Shown here: positions 62,901 to 64,000 of the stretch, one piece after another
Layout of the letters: every line of letters starts with the position of its first letter
Numbering within the stretch: position 1 is the first letter of the stretch
Assembly (NCBI GenBank): GCA_052279835.1
Contig: CP181291.1
Span: 3,168,001-3,232,000, forward strand
Direction: 5' to 3'
Source of the DNA: Microcoleus sp.
GTDB taxonomy: Bacteria; Cyanobacteriota; Cyanobacteriia; Cyanobacteriales; Microcoleaceae
Length of the DNA: 64,000 bases
Made by a program: the position numbers and the translations under genes
Notes under the pieces: model-generated
The model's database searches: none
The model's input: the letters and a program-made list of their open reading frames with translations, nothing else
What the model was told of the DNA's origin: nothing

Positions 62901-63661
62901 AGGTGACAATCCAACCAAGCGAAATATTACCAACAAAGGCAAATTCTCCAACTACAGCAAGTTCTATTCGGTTTGGGGTGAGGGATACTGGTATCGGTAT
63001 CACAGCGGAAAATATTCAGAAGTTGTTTCAGCCTTTTGTGCAAATCGATAGTGCATTAAATCGTCAGTATATGGGTACTGGTTTGGGCTTGTCTCTGGTG
63101 AAACGGATGGTATCTATGCACGGGGGAAAAGTTTCGGTGACGAGTGAGGTTGGTGTGGGTAGTTGTTTTAGTTTTGATATACCCGCAGGCAATTTGCCCC
63201 TGCTGGTTTCTGAGTCGGGGGATACAAAAATGCCTAATTTGGAAGGTAGTTTGAGGGAAAAGGTTGCAGTAACAACTTCGCCTTTGCTATTGTTGGTGGA
63301 TGATAATCAAGCGAATGTTAATACAATTTCTGGCTATTTAAAAGCTAAGGGATATCAGATGTTGGTGGCGAAAAGTATTGCCGAGGCGATCGCCCTCACT
63401 AAATCATCGATTCCTGACTTAATTATGATCGATATTCAGATGTCGGGAATGGATGCTGTGGATGCGATTGGGCAAATCCGCAGCGATCGCCAATTTGCGA
63501 ATATTCCGACGATCGCCTTGAGTACATTGGCGATGGCGGGGGATGGGGAACTATGTCTACAAGCTGGGGCGAATCACTATTTGACTAAGCCTGTAAAATT
63601 AAAGCAATTAGTTAGCACTATTCAGGATTTATTAGCATCATCGCCCCTGGAAAGTAGTTAA
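59912..63661 (+). CDS. C-terminal part of the same kinase in the +1 frame (PAS x4, two CBCR GAFs, HisKA, HATPase, REC)
   Basis: It continues the PAS domain (LSFEQLRQHFHPSD). The GAFs carry FPEETFP...PCL and DHCF...ECH, followed by SHELRTPLN, GTGLGL and REC (IDIQMSGMD). No convincing start of its own was found. Confidence 0.85.
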   Translation, partial: KLSFEQLRQHFHPSDWTYHRKTIKGVMQLGGKHYELDQKIIRADGSIGWIFAKGQTVYNAEGQLVRLFGIVMDISDRKQAETELAQSEEKFRCLVEGIDDLIWSCDRDGKLTYLSPQFKILFGWEPEAWIGQSFSLLVHPDDRDWVVADAQRMVVTGEKFQAQEFRHLHRDKGYIWVLCNATPLKNAEGIVMQFQGILRDISDRKLAEEQLRQQKETLQTIFDRIPLMIGLFSVTGETVMINPEMERVLGWHQEEYNELDVLASCYPNFDDYRKVVAHMIRADSSWQDFETQVRDGRKLITSWSQIRLSNGSSIGLGQDITDRFLAEEALRESKQFLQTVLNTFPLGVFWKNREFVFLGCNLYFAQVGSLASPEEIVGKTDEDFDWGLREAVFCRTDDAEVMASGIAKLGMIKTMLQADGSTIWLEINKIPLRNIKGEIVGLLGTFQDITHRKLAEIRLQQQAEQERILTFITQRIRASLNLKEILNTAVAEVREILKVDRVLIYRVYPSGTGAAIAESVAPHCLKLLNINFPEETFPPENYQRYLDGRIFALSDRETGSILPCLVDFLRQIKVRAKLVLPIVDKQELWGLLIAHHCEESRDWQNWEIDLMKQLSNQLSIAIQQSNLYQQLQLELKERQAKDLVIHRQVETESLLREITQRIRDSLDLQTIFARATEDIRHLIDADRVGIFQFASNSNFNEGEFVAESVVAGFNSVMATKIHDHCFGEQYAVYYHQGRIQKVSDIYDSGLTECHINILAQFHVRANLAVPLLDGSNLWGLLCIHQCSRPRYWRESEINLVKQIANQLAIGIQQANLFDQLQKELQERQQAETKLTEINQQLAISNQELARATRLKDEFLANMSHELRTPLNAILGMTEALQDEIFGAINERQIRALQTVEHSGNHLLSLINDILDLAKIESGQVELNCSPTAVDSLCQSSLTLVKQQALQKRIQLQVKIPANLPEIVLDERRIRQVLINLLNNAIKFTPEGGSVILEVTIQPSEILPTKANSPTTASSIRFGVRDTGIGITAENIQKLFQPFVQIDSALNRQYMGTGLGLSLVKRMVSMHGGKVSVTSEVGVGSCFSFDIPAGNLPLLVSESGDTKMPNLEGSLREKVAVTTSPLLLLVDDNQANVNTISGYLKAKGYQMLVAKSIAEAIALTKSSIPDLIMIDIQMSGMDAVDAIGQIRSDRQFANIPTIALSTLAMAGDGELCLQAGANHYLTKPVKLKQLVSTIQDLLASSPLESS

Positions 63662-63662
63662 T

Positions 63663-63833
63663 GAAGGAAGAAGGAGGAAGGAAGAAGGAAGAAGTCACCC
63701 CCCCCTGCCCCCCCCAAGGGGGGAAATTCAGGAAGAAGGAAGAAGGAGGAAGGAAGAAGGAAGAAGTCACCCCCCCCTGCCCCCCCCAAGGGGGGAAATT
63801 CAGGAAGAAGGAAGAAGGAGGAAGGAGGAAGAA
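63663..63833. repeat. 72-bp tandem repeat (~2.4 copies) of GAAGAAG heptamers plus a C6-AA-G6 hairpin
   Basis: gtcacccccccctgcccccccaaggggggaaattcag starts at 63694 and again at 63766. Confidence 0.9.
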
Positions 63834-63866
63834 CCCCCCCCTACCCCAGGGCTGTTTCATTCTCTT

Positions 63867-63955
63867 GTAGGGGCAGCCCCCCGTGGCTGCCCCAATCTCT
63901 GAAATGACGGAAAATGGTCGGTGGGGGGGGTAGGCATTCTTGGCACTACCCCTAC
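63867..63955. mobile_element. GTAG REPIN-like doublet
   Basis: It reads gtaggggcagcc...ggctgcccc ... ggggtaggca...cactacccctac. Its reverse complement matches 38068-38136. Confidence 0.7.
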
Positions 63956-64000
63956 AAACGAGGGCTTTATTGAAAAAATCTCAAATTTAAAATCTAAAAT

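Noticed and set aside
63618..63870. ORFs 63661-63870 (+) and 63618-63860 (-)
   Set aside because: They are translations of the 72-bp tandem repeat.

Overview
This is a chromosomal window from a filamentous cyanobacterium, probably Oscillatoriales. The evidence is dense HIP1 GCGATCGC octamers, heptameric STRR tracts, ntcA, cp12, an SLH-porin and cyanobacteriochrome GAF domains. Housekeeping genes are the ligA 3' end, atpD-atpC, fabI, hisB, typA and leuD. They are interspersed with signalling genes (a Cache-HAMP-HK-REC-adenylate cyclase, a GAF kinase and a frameshifted ~1960-aa CBS/GAF/PAS hybrid kinase) and surface or secreted proteins (a 2.9-kaa haemagglutinin-CHAT protein, a second CHAT protein, a PEP-CTERM protein and a porin). 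The most notable accessory block lies between hisB and typA. It holds three diverged tandem RelE(HI1419-like)/HI1420-like toxin-antitoxin modules with conserved junction sequences, the remnant of a fourth module, and an uncharacterised overlapping gene pair with a putative Cys-His enzyme. Nearby is an Rpn PD-(D/E)XK nuclease with an internal GGAGG-N5-ATG start (candidate gene-within-gene antitoxin), preceded by two exact TTGAT-N4-ATCAA boxes. Intergenic regions hold many miniature mobile elements, including a 50-bp collapsed IS200/IS605-type element. No tRNA, rRNA or CRISPR array was seen. All calls come from motif recognition by eye; no database searches were run.
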